Source: Escherichia phage vB_VIPECOOM01
DNA: 64,000 bases
Reading direction: 5' to 3' (one strand)
Sequence record: OQ721909
The translations under genes were made by a program, and so were the position numbers. Below, in pieces: positions 34,296 through 46,719 of this stretch. The notes under the pieces are model-generated. The model was not told the DNA's origin and searched no databases. It was given only the letters and a program-made list of their open reading frames with translations. Positions within the stretch are counted from its first letter, which is position 1, and each line of letters begins with the position of its first letter.

Positions 34296-34514
34296 TTATG
34301 CTTTCTGCTTACCAAAACGAGAAGCATCATCTCGAAGAACCGCACGTGCTCGGCGCATGATCTTCTCAACAGTTTGATTGATACGAGAGTTCGACCCACG
34401 CTTGTAACCAGCGCGTTTAGAATCACCAACTTTCTTTTCAACTGCTTTCTTTGCTTTAGCTTGTTTTGCCATTATAAATTCTCTTTTAAATGAAAATGCA
34501 GGACTTATTGGCAT
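34296..34514 (-). CDS. small highly basic protein (start uncertain; may begin at internal ATG 34472, 'MAKQAKAKKAVEKK...')
   Basis: 72 aa Lys/Arg-rich ORF; hairpin terminator immediately downstream. Confidence 0.4.
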   Translation of the reverse strand: MPISPAFSFKREFIMAKQAKAKKAVEKKVGDSKRAGYKRGSNSRINQTVEKIMRRARAVLRDDASRFGKQKA

Positions 34515-34666
34515 TGCCTGCGCAAGCCCTCAAGGGGAACATAGGTTTTGAGTATTTACCGACAGGATAACCATAAACCTCGTCAACATTCAAGAGGTAC
34601 ACCGTAAAACAAAGTTCGACGGCTCCTCGATTTTAGCTCACACTAAGGCAGTGAATCTCCAATAAA

Positions 34667-34915
34667 TTACTTCAGTGTTACCACAAAGTGACGAACTGCT
34701 TTTCGTGCAGCAGAAGCCAGAGGCTTAGCATACTTAAGTTCATCTTTTTCCTGGAGCTCAGCAGCTAATGCAGTTTGAGCAGGATTCAGATGTTTGAAAT
34801 AACGCAGGATTTCAAGGGCTTCGGCTTCAACATCAATAGATGCGCCATAGTTTTCGTGACCATTATTCCATGCGTTTCGTTGCAGTTCAAGAGCGTGTTG
34901 TAATTGTTTAATCAT
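34667..34915 (-). CDS. rIII: rIII lysis-inhibition accessory protein
   Basis: 82 aa as T4 rIII; syntenic next to gene 31. Confidence 0.85.
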   Translation of the reverse strand: MIKQLQHALELQRNAWNNGHENYGASIDVEAEALEILRYFKHLNPAQTALAAELQEKDELKYAKPLASAARKAVRHFVVTLK

Positions 34916-35054
34916 TTAAAAATTCTCGTTAGAGATTAAAACTCGGTAGTCACGTTCTTCTGAATTTCATCTTCTTTCGACAGATCTCTCAGTTGTAGAC
35001 TACCACGTAGAATTGTTCGGTTAACTTATTATTCCGACACCCAATTCATATTAT

Positions 35055-35062
35055 TATTTATA
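35055..35062 (-). promoter_or_regulatory. candidate late promoter (rIII) with long leader
   Basis: Minus-sense TATAAATA immediately downstream of gene 31 stop. Confidence 0.35.
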
Positions 35063-35398
35063 TCACTTATAAAGACACGGAATAGCTTTATAGTGACAGG
35101 TAACGAATTTTTGTTTAATTTCTTTTGGCTGCTTAAGACCTAGAGCTACAAAAGGATGCGGAACGTTTCGAATTTGACCAACTGGAAGAGAAGTCAAATC
35201 ACCAACTTCGCAGAAACCTTCAGGAACATCAGGACCAACAGAGTGAACTACACACAGTTCAGGAACTTCACCTTGAACACGTTTACCGATAATGAGTCCT
35301 GATTCTGTAACTTCTTCATCACCAGCTTGCGCAGGTTCAGAAACTAAAATAACATATTCACCGACAGCACGAATTGGTAGCTGTTGTACTTCAGACAT
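35063..35398 (-). CDS. 31: co-chaperonin gp31 (GroES-like)
   Basis: 111 aa as T4 gp31; MotA-box middle promoter upstream. Confidence 0.92.
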
Positions 35399-35428
35399 CG
35401 TTTTTCCTTTTTGTTAACAGATGAATTA

Positions 35429-35453
35429 ATAATAACAAATAATTCTTAAAGCA
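35429..35453 (-). promoter_or_regulatory. MotA-dependent middle promoter (gene 31)
   Basis: Minus-sense 'aTGCTTTA', 12 nt, then 'TATTAT'. Confidence 0.6.
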
Positions 35454-35454
35454 T

Positions 35455-35763
35455 TTATTTACCAATAAATTGAAGCAAATGCTCAACTTTCATACCATTA
35501 ACGGAAATCAATTTGTCAATAGAAAAACCTCGCCATGCACCAATCTCAACATCAAATACTGGAATCATATCAGTAGATTCTTTCCGAGTAGATTCAGTCA
35601 ATTTACCGGTTTGCATGGTTGGCATAAAGTCTGCATCACGAGTACCTTTCATAGTACGAATAGTACCATCAGACTTTTCAAAAACCACGTTTGAAATACC
35701 CATGGACAATTTAGTTTTCAAAATTTCACGAATTGCTACTTTCTGCTCAGTTGTCAGTTTCAT
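35455..35763 (-). CDS. hypothetical protein (31.1-like)
   Basis: 102 aa ORF. Confidence 0.5.
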   Translation of the reverse strand: MKLTTEQKVAIREILKTKLSMGISNVVFEKSDGTIRTMKGTRDADFMPTMQTGKLTESTRKESTDMIPVFDVEIGAWRGFSIDKLISVNGMKVEHLLQFIGK

Positions 35764-36000
35764 TTATTTACCTATCACAGTTTTAATATGAGTTGTTCCA
35801 CGTTCTTTAAGAGTGGAAAGTAATTTTTGGCATTTTTCTAAATCAGATTTCCAACTATACGGTCTATCAATACAAACCCATTCTGACTTATAATACTGCT
35901 TCCATTTAGAGAAAAAATATTTCTTATACTCTACAGCAAATGAAATGTTCTCGTTAGAATAAGAACTAATTGCTGTGAGCTGTACCAAACGAAATTTCAT
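35764..36000 (-). CDS. hypothetical protein (31.2-like)
   Basis: 78 aa ORF coupled to cd. Confidence 0.5.
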   Translation of the reverse strand: MKFRLVQLTAISSYSNENISFAVEYKKYFFSKWKQYYKSEWVCIDRPYSWKSDLEKCQKLLSTLKERGTTHIKTVIGK

Positions 36001-36581
36001 TATTCACCACAGAATTCGTTGATATTTTCCCAGTTTAACTTATTCAAGTTTTTCTTAGGAACATTAAACACTTCAATACCTGCATTTCGCAGAATATCAT
36101 CCCAGCCAGGTTTATTTTTATCGTATGTTTCACAATAAACCAACTTTTTAATTCCAGATTGAGCTATCGCTTTTGCACAATCTGGGCAAGGAGAAAGTGT
36201 TACATACATAGTAGCACCTTCAATTGAAGAACCATTTCGTGCAGCAAACAAAATTGCATTTAGTTCAGCATGAATTTCATTTTTAGACGACCATTCAGAA
36301 TGAGCGCTGCGGTGTTCTTTCGCCAAGACAAAACGATCAGTTGAACCAAATGATACACATTCAGGCTTATGACCTTGAATGATAGTATGTTTAGGTTTAT
36401 TCAACAACCAACCTTGCTCGGCAGCATAATCACAGCAATTCACACCGCCTGCAGGCGAACCGTTATATCCAGTAGAAATAATACGTCCATTCTTTTCAAT
36501 TACTGCTCCTACCTTCCAGGAGCAACATTTTGATTCTTGTGATACTAAATATGCAATTTGAAGTACTGTACTCGCTTTCAT
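36000..36581 (-). CDS. cd: dCMP deaminase
   Basis: 193 aa; zinc motifs 'HAELNA' and 'PCPDCAKAI'. Confidence 0.95.
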   Translation of the reverse strand: MKASTVLQIAYLVSQESKCCSWKVGAVIEKNGRIISTGYNGSPAGGVNCCDYAAEQGWLLNKPKHTIIQGHKPECVSFGSTDRFVLAKEHRSAHSEWSSKNEIHAELNAILFAARNGSSIEGATMYVTLSPCPDCAKAIAQSGIKKLVYCETYDKNKPGWDDILRNAGIEVFNVPKKNLNKLNWENINEFCGE

Positions 36582-36916
36582 TTCATAATCACCAGATAAG
36601 CAGATTTAGCAGTTTCAACACGATAAATTTCGTGACGAAGTTTAGTTATACTTTTAATAACAGAACTAATTATATTCTGCCCATCTTTAAAGCGGTTTTT
36701 CTTATCAATAAAAATTGCACCAGCCATCTTTTTGTGAAGCTCAACTGGATACTTCGTCACAATAATAGCATCATACACAGAAGGATGAATACTATTCACT
36801 AAAGTATCGTTCATCAAAGTTATTCTAATGAACTGAGCTGTTTCAGAGTCAAGCGCTCTATGATCGCCAGTATCATTTTCAAGACAATTATCAATTATAT
36901 CAGTTAAATTCATCAT
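36578..36916 (-). CDS. hypothetical protein (cd.x)
   Basis: 112 aa; ATGA coupling to cd. Confidence 0.5.
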   Translation of the reverse strand: MMNLTDIIDNCLENDTGDHRALDSETAQFIRITLMNDTLVNSIHPSVYDAIIVTKYPVELHKKMAGAIFIDKKNRFKDGQNIISSVIKSITKLRHEIYRVETAKSAYLVIMK

Positions 36917-37149
36917 AGTACGCCATACACCCTTTGTGCTTCAACTAATCCATCAAAATCCAATTTGAGATGCGTTATTTGGTCACCATCACCTGGATTC
37001 ACAATTACTAATACTGAACGAGGAGTTTCGGTAATAACACGAACCGATGTTTCTGGAAATCGTTCAGAAACCTTATTTACTAATTCCTGAGCAAATAGTT
37101 TAACTTTTTCTTGGAATTCTTTAACAGTAATTGGTTTTTCGCTTAGCAT
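36913..37149 (-). CDS. hypothetical protein (cd.x)
   Basis: 78 aa. Confidence 0.5.
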   Translation of the reverse strand: MLSEKPITVKEFQEKVKLFAQELVNKVSERFPETSVRVITETPRSVLVIVNPGDGDQITHLKLDFDGLVEAQRVYGVL

Positions 37150-37670
37150 GTTGATCCCAGCTCCTTACTTTCAACGTTTTTAACTAATTTGACAGAAACT
37201 AATTCAGCATCTTGAGTAATCATTACCGGACCTTCTTCATACTCTTCGAGATATTCTAGAGCTTTCTTTTTAGCTTCTTCCTTCGTATCAGTTTGAGCAT
37301 AGATATAAAACATACAACCAGTAATACCTACTACTTTCCACTTAATTTCTTTATCAGCTTTAATTTCAAATTTACTGACAGAGTCATCTTTTTGAACTTC
37401 TTCGAAAAAAGAATATTCTAACATATAAGCAATTGAAAATAACGGGCTAACTTTATAGGATTCGCCCATTACATCAACAGCTTTATACCAGCAATCATCA
37501 ATTTCACGTTTAATGCTAATAACATTTTTCGCAGGATCTATTTTTACTTTAAATGAATTTTCCCCAATAAACTGGGCAATTCGTTTATTAGCCCCACAGG
37601 TTTCATTAAAAATATCTTTATATCCAGCTTTAAAGCGATAAACCTTATCTTCTTCAAACCATTCGCTCAT
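37143..37670 (-). CDS. hypothetical protein (cd.x)
   Basis: 175 aa; early promoter upstream. Confidence 0.55.
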   Translation of the reverse strand: MSEWFEEDKVYRFKAGYKDIFNETCGANKRIAQFIGENSFKVKIDPAKNVISIKREIDDCWYKAVDVMGESYKVSPLFSIAYMLEYSFFEEVQKDDSVSKFEIKADKEIKWKVVGITGCMFYIYAQTDTKEEAKKKALEYLEEYEEGPVMITQDAELVSVKLVKNVESKELGSTC

Positions 37671-37700
37671 TTCAATTTCCTCATTTGTTTTGGTAGAGCT

Positions 37701-37730
37701 ATAATATCACAACTCTACCGTAAAGTAAAC
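37701..37730 (-). promoter_or_regulatory. early promoter (GTTTAC, 18 nt, TATTAT) with embedded inverted repeat
   Basis: Minus-sense 'GTTTACtttacggtagagttgtgaTATTAT'; IR ggtagag/ctctacc at 37692-37719. Confidence 0.5.
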
Positions 37731-37732
37731 TG

Positions 37733-38008
37733 TTAAATTGCTTTGAATTCTGATGTCTGCGATTCAAAACGAATATCGCCTTTGATAACTAGCTCAGCAT
37801 CAAGACCGAACACAACAATGATATGCGCGGAGCCTGGATACAGTGTAATGGCGATAGAATCAACCTGGTCTGGAAGTAAAGTGTTCAATACATGAGTCAC
37901 TTGAGCATGAATTCGAAGCTCAGCTGCGTTATCAAGCTTTTCAAACATATTATTAGCTATAATTTGGCTAAACACTACTTCTACGATTTTAGAATAAGTC
38001 GGAAACAT
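37733..38008 (-). CDS. hypothetical protein (cd.x)
   Basis: 91 aa. Confidence 0.5.
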   Translation of the reverse strand: MFPTYSKIVEVVFSQIIANNMFEKLDNAAELRIHAQVTHVLNTLLPDQVDSIAITLYPGSAHIIVVFGLDAELVIKGDIRFESQTSEFKAI

Positions 38009-38010
38009 AT

Positions 38011-38211
38011 TTACCTCACATAATTTTCTTCAAGCCAATCAATAACATCTAAAGCATTATCAAAAATTGAGCCATCTACTTTGTCTTCTGTTTCATAATC
38101 AAGAACATCTAAGCCTACTCTTCCATCAACAATAGGCCATAAACAAAATAGATATTTCTTTTCTTTTTCAATCTTATCGCAAAGACGATAAATCTTTTCT
38201 AAGTTATTCAT
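38011..38211 (-). CDS. hypothetical acidic protein (cd.x)
   Basis: 66 aa. Confidence 0.45.
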   Translation of the reverse strand: MNNLEKIYRLCDKIEKEKKYLFCLWPIVDGRVGLDVLDYETEDKVDGSIFDNALDVIDWLEENYVR

Positions 38212-38400
38212 AAGTTTTCCATGGTAAAGGCAGTTTAGTTTTCTTTACTGTTAGTTCAACATCAGGATTCTTTTCTCTTAATTTAAGACATTCCTCCCAA
38301 GCCCTGATTTCACTAGTGAATACGCAAAATTGCCCATCACTAGTACCAACTAAACCACTATTTACAATAACAATAGCCCAAGTTTCATGATGTAAAGCCA

Positions 38401-38401
<1 letters not shown>
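38204..38401 (-). CDS. hypothetical protein (start set at ATG overlapping pseT stop, TGATG)
   Basis: ORF track gives 75 aa from 38431; ATG at 38401 gives 65 aa with translational coupling to pseT. Confidence 0.4.
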
Positions 38402-39622
<1,221 letters not shown>

Positions 39623-39626
<4 letters not shown>

Positions 39627-39853
39627 CTATTTTTCTCAACCAATGATTGAATATAATCATGCAGGTCTTTAGATGCTTTACCCCACTTATTTTGATATTC
39701 ATTTTTAAGATTAGCACGTGATTGAGCTAATAAAACATCATTAGTTGGAGGTAAAGATTCTAATCGTTGAATCTGGCGACCATAAATCATTGCAGCCATT
39801 TCGGATTCATAAATCAATCCTTTAAGATGTTCAAATTGATGCCATGAAATCAT
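39623..39853 (-). CDS. hypothetical protein
   Basis: 76 aa. Confidence 0.45.
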
Positions 39854-40149
39854 TTACATTTATCCTCTTTTAACTCTTGACGATAATAACATATCATAGT
39901 TTTCTGGTCATGCACATATCGTTTTACATCATTAAGCCAAATACGAAATTCCTGGGAATCTTCAAATGGCATACCGACCCAAGCTTTACCATCGATAACT
40001 TTAACTTGCCAAGATAGTTTAGCTTCATCATATGACTTTATCTGCACAGGCCAATTAGGATGAACTGTTTCTTTCTTTACTTCTAGAGGCTTTGTCGAAC
40101 AACCAACTAGAAGACCAATAGATAATATTACTGCTGATAGTTTAATCAT
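39850..40149 (-). CDS. outer-membrane spanin lipoprotein (Rz1-like; pseT.2-like)
   Basis: 99 aa; signal peptide with lipobox 'LLVGCS'; 4-nt overlap with upstream i-spanin. Confidence 0.65.
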   Translation of the reverse strand: MIKLSAVILSIGLLVGCSTKPLEVKKETVHPNWPVQIKSYDEAKLSWQVKVIDGKAWVGMPFEDSQEFRIWLNDVKRYVHDQKTMICYYRQELKEDKCK

Positions 40150-40499
40150 TTAGAAAGGTCCTGGATGTCTTCTGCAAACTTGTTGAAGGAGTTGTTGATT
40201 TGTTTTTCAACCAATCCTGGTTTATGAGCCACCACATCCGCCTTCTTTGCGTCTTTGCGCAGTTTTTCATTTTCACGCTCAATAGCAGCAATTGCCTCAC
40301 GATTTTTATTATTCATCGCATCAATATAATTATATTGAATTTTTAAATCATTTAATGCTAAAGCGTTTTCATTGGCCGTTTTTGTAATTTCTACAACAGA
40401 CGTTTCTAATCTTTCAATTTTACTTTTTAAAATTAAAGAAGTTCCGCCCAATGCAATTACAATTAATAACAAACCCGCTGTCGTATTACTTAATTGCAT
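40146..40499 (-). CDS. inner-membrane spanin (Rz-like; pseT.3-like)
   Basis: 117 aa; N-terminal TM helix 'AGLLLIVIALGG', then charged coiled-coil. Confidence 0.65.
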   Translation of the reverse strand: MQLSNTTAGLLLIVIALGGTSLILKSKIERLETSVVEITKTANENALALNDLKIQYNYIDAMNNKNREAIAAIERENEKLRKDAKKADVVAHKPGLVEKQINNSFNKFAEDIQDLSK

Positions 40500-40996
40500 A
40501 AAGTTTTAATAACCTCTACAATATCGTCTTGAGAAAGACCGTTAATTAAAATATGATGTTCAGCCGGAGATTTAGAAATTTTAAAGCATGCCTCAACATC
40601 TTCTGCCATATCTGATGCACTACGATTTGGATTACTAATTCCAAGACGATGTTTTCCCGTTAAAGGATTAACGATGATATAGCATTTACAGTTATTAATA
40701 TGAACATTAGGTTGAGTCTGATTAATGAACACATCACAATCATATTTTGCAAGCTGATTTTCTAAAAAGACTTTCATCTCCTCAACCGCATCAGGAAGCA
40801 TATCACGGGCTTGCTCAAGACGACGATTTCGATATTCTTTAATGGTCGTTTTCCGCTTGACTTGCTTAGCTAAATCTTTCTTAAGATCGGTGATATATCC
40901 AACTCGACGATTTCCTTTAAATACAGAAATCCCATCTGTAGTATCACCGTATGCTTCAACGACCATTTCAGTAGTAATAAGCTGTAAATCCATCAT
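40490..40996 (-). CDS. alc: Alc, inhibitor of host transcription
   Basis: 168 aa (T4 Alc about 167 aa); syntenic between pseT.3 and rnlA; conserved early promoter upstream. Confidence 0.8.
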   Translation of the reverse strand: MMDLQLITTEMVVEAYGDTTDGISVFKGNRRVGYITDLKKDLAKQVKRKTTIKEYRNRRLEQARDMLPDAVEEMKVFLENQLAKYDCDVFINQTQPNVHINNCKCYIIVNPLTGKHRLGISNPNRSASDMAEDVEACFKISKSPAEHHILINGLSQDDIVEVIKTLCN

Positions 40997-41001
40997 AAAG
41001 T

Positions 41002-41054
41002 CCTCATGTTATGTCAGTAAGACTACTGTAACACAACACGAGGGACTTGTAAAC
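41002..41054 (-). promoter_or_regulatory. conserved 53-bp early-promoter element, copy B (upstream of alc)
   Basis: Minus-sense 'GTTTACaagtccctcgtgttgtgttacagta...'. Confidence 0.55.
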
Positions 41055-41057
41055 AGC

Positions 41058-42645
<1,588 letters not shown>

Positions 42646-42653
42646 AATAAAAT

Positions 42654-42667
42654 GGGCCTTACGGCCC
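42654..42667 (-). terminator. hairpin between nrdB and denA
   Basis: gggcc-ttac-ggccc in 27-nt spacer. Confidence 0.4.
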
Positions 42668-42672
42668 ACTCC

Positions 42673-43851
42673 TTAAAAATATTTTTTAAAACTCATCATA
42701 ACTTTATCATCAACATCATTATCAATCTGTGCTACAAGGTAAGATGACAGTTCTACTTCTTGCGGCGCTGATTGAACATTATCAGAATTAAGGTATTCAC
42801 GAATCCAAGGATACGGATGTTTAACCGGAGCATCGGTAATTGGGCATGGAAGACCGCACTGTTTCATACGAGATACAGTTAAGTAATCAATAAAGCTCCA
42901 CATGCTATTTGTATTTAATCCAGGAACATCACCATCTTTAAATAAATGAACTGCCCAGTCTTTTTCTTGACGGTTAACTTCCATGAAAATATCAACTGCT
43001 TCTTGTTCACACTCTTGAGCAATTTTAACCCATTCATCACCGTCAGTGCCAAGTTGAAGTTGACGAATAATGTACTGGGTACCTTTAAGGTGAAGCTGTT
43101 CATCACGTGCAATGAACTTCATAATCTTAGCATTACCTTCCATGATTTCCATATTTTTGTGGAAGTTAAAGGTACATGCGAAAGATACGTAAAAACGAAT
43201 AGCTTCCAGGGCATTGATTACATGGAGACAGAGATAAAGGGACTTCATTAAAGCACGTTTAGCTTCGGCTTCTTGTTTAATAGCTCGGTTTAAACGAAAG
43301 ACAGCATCAGGAGATTCTTTAGCTAGTTCTACAAATTCTTTAGCATTTTCCCATTCACGGGTTTTAATCAGAACATCATCATAATAACGCCCAATGGATT
43401 CAGCACGTTTCATAATAGCTTCATCTAATACAATTTCATCAAATACCTTCGATGGATCAGTATAAAGATTTCGCATGATATGAGTATATGAACGACTGTG
43501 AATAGTTTCACTAAAAGTCCATGTAGCAACCCATGTATCAAGGCTTGGATCTGAAATTAATGACATAAGTACAGCAGACGGTGCACGACCCTGAATGCTA
43601 TCCAAAAGTGATTGATACTTCAGGTTATTAGTAAAAATATCTTGCTGATACTGAGGAAGCTTGTTAAATTGTGCAGCATCCATCATTAAGTTTACTTCTT
43701 CAGGACGCCAGAAAAATGATAATTGCTTTTCGGTTAAATCTTCAAAAACTTTATGACGTTGAATATCATAACGCGCAATACCAAGACCTGAACCAAAAAA
43801 CATAGGTTCTTTTAAAACATCGACTGGATTTGTATTAAAAACTGTGCTCAT
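42673..43851 (-). CDS. nrdB: ribonucleotide reductase beta subunit (uninterrupted)
   Basis: 392 aa continuous ORF matching recalled T4 NrdB; no intron-sized interruption. Confidence 0.96.
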   Translation of the reverse strand: MSTVFNTNPVDVLKEPMFFGSGLGIARYDIQRHKVFEDLTEKQLSFFWRPEEVNLMMDAAQFNKLPQYQQDIFTNNLKYQSLLDSIQGRAPSAVLMSLISDPSLDTWVATWTFSETIHSRSYTHIMRNLYTDPSKVFDEIVLDEAIMKRAESIGRYYDDVLIKTREWENAKEFVELAKESPDAVFRLNRAIKQEAEAKRALMKSLYLCLHVINALEAIRFYVSFACTFNFHKNMEIMEGNAKIMKFIARDEQLHLKGTQYIIRQLQLGTDGDEWVKIAQECEQEAVDIFMEVNRQEKDWAVHLFKDGDVPGLNTNSMWSFIDYLTVSRMKQCGLPCPITDAPVKHPYPWIREYLNSDNVQSAPQEVELSSYLVAQIDNDVDDKVMMSFKKYF

Positions 43852-43902
43852 AAATTTTCCGCTTAGTTAATAGTTGGTGACTCGTCCATGAGTCAAATTA
43901 TA

Positions 43903-46167
43903 TCATAATTTACAGGATGAACAATCTTCAGCTTTTGGAGTTTCTATTTCGTAATCATCAGTACCGGAACCATCACGAGTATTATGATAATAGAAGTTTT
44001 TAATTCCATAATACCATCCATATAGCATGTCATCAATCATTATTGACATTGGAACCTTTCCTTTTGGAAAAATCTGTGGGTCATAATATGTATTCGCTGA
44101 AGCTGATTGACATACCCATTTCAGCATAATAGCTACCTGCGTAAGATAAGGTTTATTACCTTTCTTAGCTAATTTCCATGTATAATCATAGAGGTCTATG
44201 TTATGCTCAATATTGGGCACGACTTGATTAAAGGAACCCTCTTTTGATTCTTTAACAGAGACTGGTCCACGTGGAGGCTCGATACCGTTTGTACTGTTAG
44301 AAACTTGGGAAGATGACTCACATGGCATAAGTGCTGATAATGTGCTATTACGGATGCCAAAGAGCTTAAGGTCTTCCCGCAGCGACGACCAGTCACAAAC
44401 GTATTTTGGAGCTGCGATTTGGTCAATCTTTTTATTGTACCAGTCGATAGGTAATTCGCCTCGAGACCAACGAGTGTCTGAATAATATTCGCAAGGTCCT
44501 TTTTCTTTGGCGAGCTTAATGGATGCTTTAATGAGTCCATACTGTAATCTCTCAAACAATTCATGAGTCAAATCGTTAGCGTCTTCATATGAAGCAAAGT
44601 TAGAAGCTAACCATGCAGCATAGTTAGTAACACCTACACCAAGATTTCGACGCTTTTTAGCTTTTTCTGCTTCAGGAACTGGATATCCTTGGTAATCCAA
44701 AAGATTATCAAGAGCACGAACTTGAACTTCTGCTAATTCATTAATTTTATCTTGGTCTTGCCAATCGAAGTTATCTAACACAAATGCAGATAACGTACAC
44801 AATCCAATTTCAGCATCAGGACCATTCACATCATTAGTTGGAATAGCAATTTCACAACACAAGTTACTCTGACGAATAGGTGCCTTTTCACGAATAAATG
44901 GAGTATAGTTATTCGTATTATCAATGAACTGTACATAAATCCTTGCTGTTCCTGATCGTTCAGTCATTAGCAATTCAAACAGTTCACGGGCTTTAATACG
45001 CTTTTTACGAATATTAGGGTCTTTTTCTGCGGCTTCATATAATTCACGGAAACGATCTTGGTCTTTAAAATAAGAATAATAAAGCTCGCCACCCATTTCA
45101 TGCGGACTGAACAAAGTAATGTAGTCGTTCTTTCCAAAACGTTCCATCATTAGGTCATTCAGCTGAACGCCATAATCCATATGACGGATACGGTTTTCTT
45201 CTACACCTTTGTTATTTTTCAAAACGAGAAGATTTTCAACTTCCAAATGCCAAATAGGATAATAAGCAGTAGCAGCGCCGCCACGAATTCCGCCCTGTGA
45301 ACATGATTTAACAGCAGTCTGAAAATGTTTCCAAAAAGGAATAACACCAGTATGACGCACTTCACCTGTGCCAATCTTAGAACCTTCGGCACGAATCATA
45401 CCAACGTTAATACCGATTCCGGCTCGTTTAGAAATATACTCAACAATTGAAGCAGAAGCCTTATTGATAGACTTCAGCGAATCGCCTGCCTCAATAACGA
45501 CGCATGAACTAAACTGCCGAGTTGGAGTACGACATCCAGCCATAATAGGAGTAGGCAGTGAAATCTGTCGAGTAGATACTGCTTCATAAAAACGAATAAC
45601 ATGTTTTAATCTGTCAACAGGTTCATCTTGATGCAATGCCATTCCAATAGTCATAAATGCAAACTGTGGAGTTTCATAAATTTGACCAGTGGTTTTATCT
45701 TTAACGAGATATTTTTCTTTTAATTGCATCGCCCCGGAATAAGTAAATTCCATATCCCGCTCATGCTTAATTTTTGATTCTAAAAATGTAATTTCTTCTG
45801 CAGAATATTTTGACAACAATTCAGGGTCATATTTACCTTCATTTACACAGTAAGAAATATGGTCAATAAATGAACGGGGCTCATACTGTCCGTACACATG
45901 TTTACGAAGAGCAAACATTAAACAACGTGCAGCTACGTATTGATAATCAGGCTCTTCAACCGAAATAGAATTCGCAGCAGCCTTAATTACAATAGTTTGA
46001 ATGTCATCAGTGGTCATTCCATCACGGAGATATGATTTAATATTTTCATATAATTCATAAGGATCTACAGATGTTCCTTCAGCTGCCCAAGATAAAACTT
46101 TAATAATTTTTTGCGGGTCAAAGCTCTGAGAAACACCACTACTTTTGATAACATTAATTAATTGCAT
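43903..46167 (-). CDS. nrdA: ribonucleotide reductase alpha subunit
   Basis: 754 aa; active-site region 'NLCCEI...' and C-terminal 'CSSCKL'. Confidence 0.97.
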   Translation of the reverse strand: MQLINVIKSSGVSQSFDPQKIIKVLSWAAEGTSVDPYELYENIKSYLRDGMTTDDIQTIVIKAAANSISVEEPDYQYVAARCLMFALRKHVYGQYEPRSFIDHISYCVNEGKYDPELLSKYSAEEITFLESKIKHERDMEFTYSGAMQLKEKYLVKDKTTGQIYETPQFAFMTIGMALHQDEPVDRLKHVIRFYEAVSTRQISLPTPIMAGCRTPTRQFSSCVVIEAGDSLKSINKASASIVEYISKRAGIGINVGMIRAEGSKIGTGEVRHTGVIPFWKHFQTAVKSCSQGGIRGGAATAYYPIWHLEVENLLVLKNNKGVEENRIRHMDYGVQLNDLMMERFGKNDYITLFSPHEMGGELYYSYFKDQDRFRELYEAAEKDPNIRKKRIKARELFELLMTERSGTARIYVQFIDNTNNYTPFIREKAPIRQSNLCCEIAIPTNDVNGPDAEIGLCTLSAFVLDNFDWQDQDKINELAEVQVRALDNLLDYQGYPVPEAEKAKKRRNLGVGVTNYAAWLASNFASYEDANDLTHELFERLQYGLIKASIKLAKEKGPCEYYSDTRWSRGELPIDWYNKKIDQIAAPKYVCDWSSLREDLKLFGIRNSTLSALMPCESSSQVSNSTNGIEPPRGPVSVKESKEGSFNQVVPNIEHNIDLYDYTWKLAKKGNKPYLTQVAIMLKWVCQSASANTYYDPQIFPKGKVPMSIMIDDMLYGWYYGIKNFYYHNTRDGSGTDDYEIETPKAEDCSSCKL

Positions 46168-46484
46168 AAGTCCTCAACTTGAAAATCGTCTTTAAACAAT
46201 CGGTTAACTATATGAGCTATTATATCACCATGACACGGCTTTGGTTTACATGTGCATCCTAGCCTCATTCCACGTAAAGGCTCTAAATGTGCTTTAGTTA
46301 TTTCTCCGGATTTAATTCGACGTATAAAATCTTTTTTGAATAATTCAATGGCAGCCTCCCGGCTGCCAGCATCTTTACCGACGTAATTTCCCCAAAATGT
46401 ACCACGGTGAATATTAACATCAAAGTCGGATTTATATTTATTCACTACCTGGCATAGACGGCCCGCGCGGCGATAATTCGTCAT
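46158..46484 (-). CDS. hypothetical Cys/His-containing protein (nrdA.1-like)
   Basis: 108 aa; '[12 protein letters not shown]'; overlaps nrdA start by 10 nt. Confidence 0.55.
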   Translation of the reverse strand: MTNYRRAGRLCQVVNKYKSDFDVNIHRGTFWGNYVGKDAGSREAAIELFKKDFIRRIKSGEITKAHLEPLRGMRLGCTCKPKPCHGDIIAHIVNRLFKDDFQVEDLCN

Positions 46485-46701
46485 ATTGTTTTTCCGTTAA
46501 AACAGTAATATCATAGTAACAATCTGAAGAAGTTTTAACTGTAGAAATTTTATTATCAAAATACTCACGAGTCATTTTATGAGTATAATATTTTTTGCCG
46601 TAAATGATAATAGGCTGATTTGGTCCTGGAACTTCTAACTCACTTGGGTTAGGAAGTGTAAAAAGAACTACACCAGAAGTATCTTTAAATCGTAAAATCA
46701 T
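46438..46701 (-). CDS. hypothetical protein (nrdA.2-like)
   Basis: 87 aa. Confidence 0.45.
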   Translation of the reverse strand: MILRFKDTSGVVLFTLPNPSELEVPGPNQPIIIYGKKYYTHKMTREYFDNKISTVKTSSDCYYDITVLTEKQYDELSPRGPSMPGSE

Positions 46702-46719
46702 ATATCCTCACAATTAAAA

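Noticed and set aside
34187-34441. 84-aa minus ORF in another frame
   Set aside because: Overlaps the better-supported basic ORF 34296-34514 and the downstream hairpin terminator
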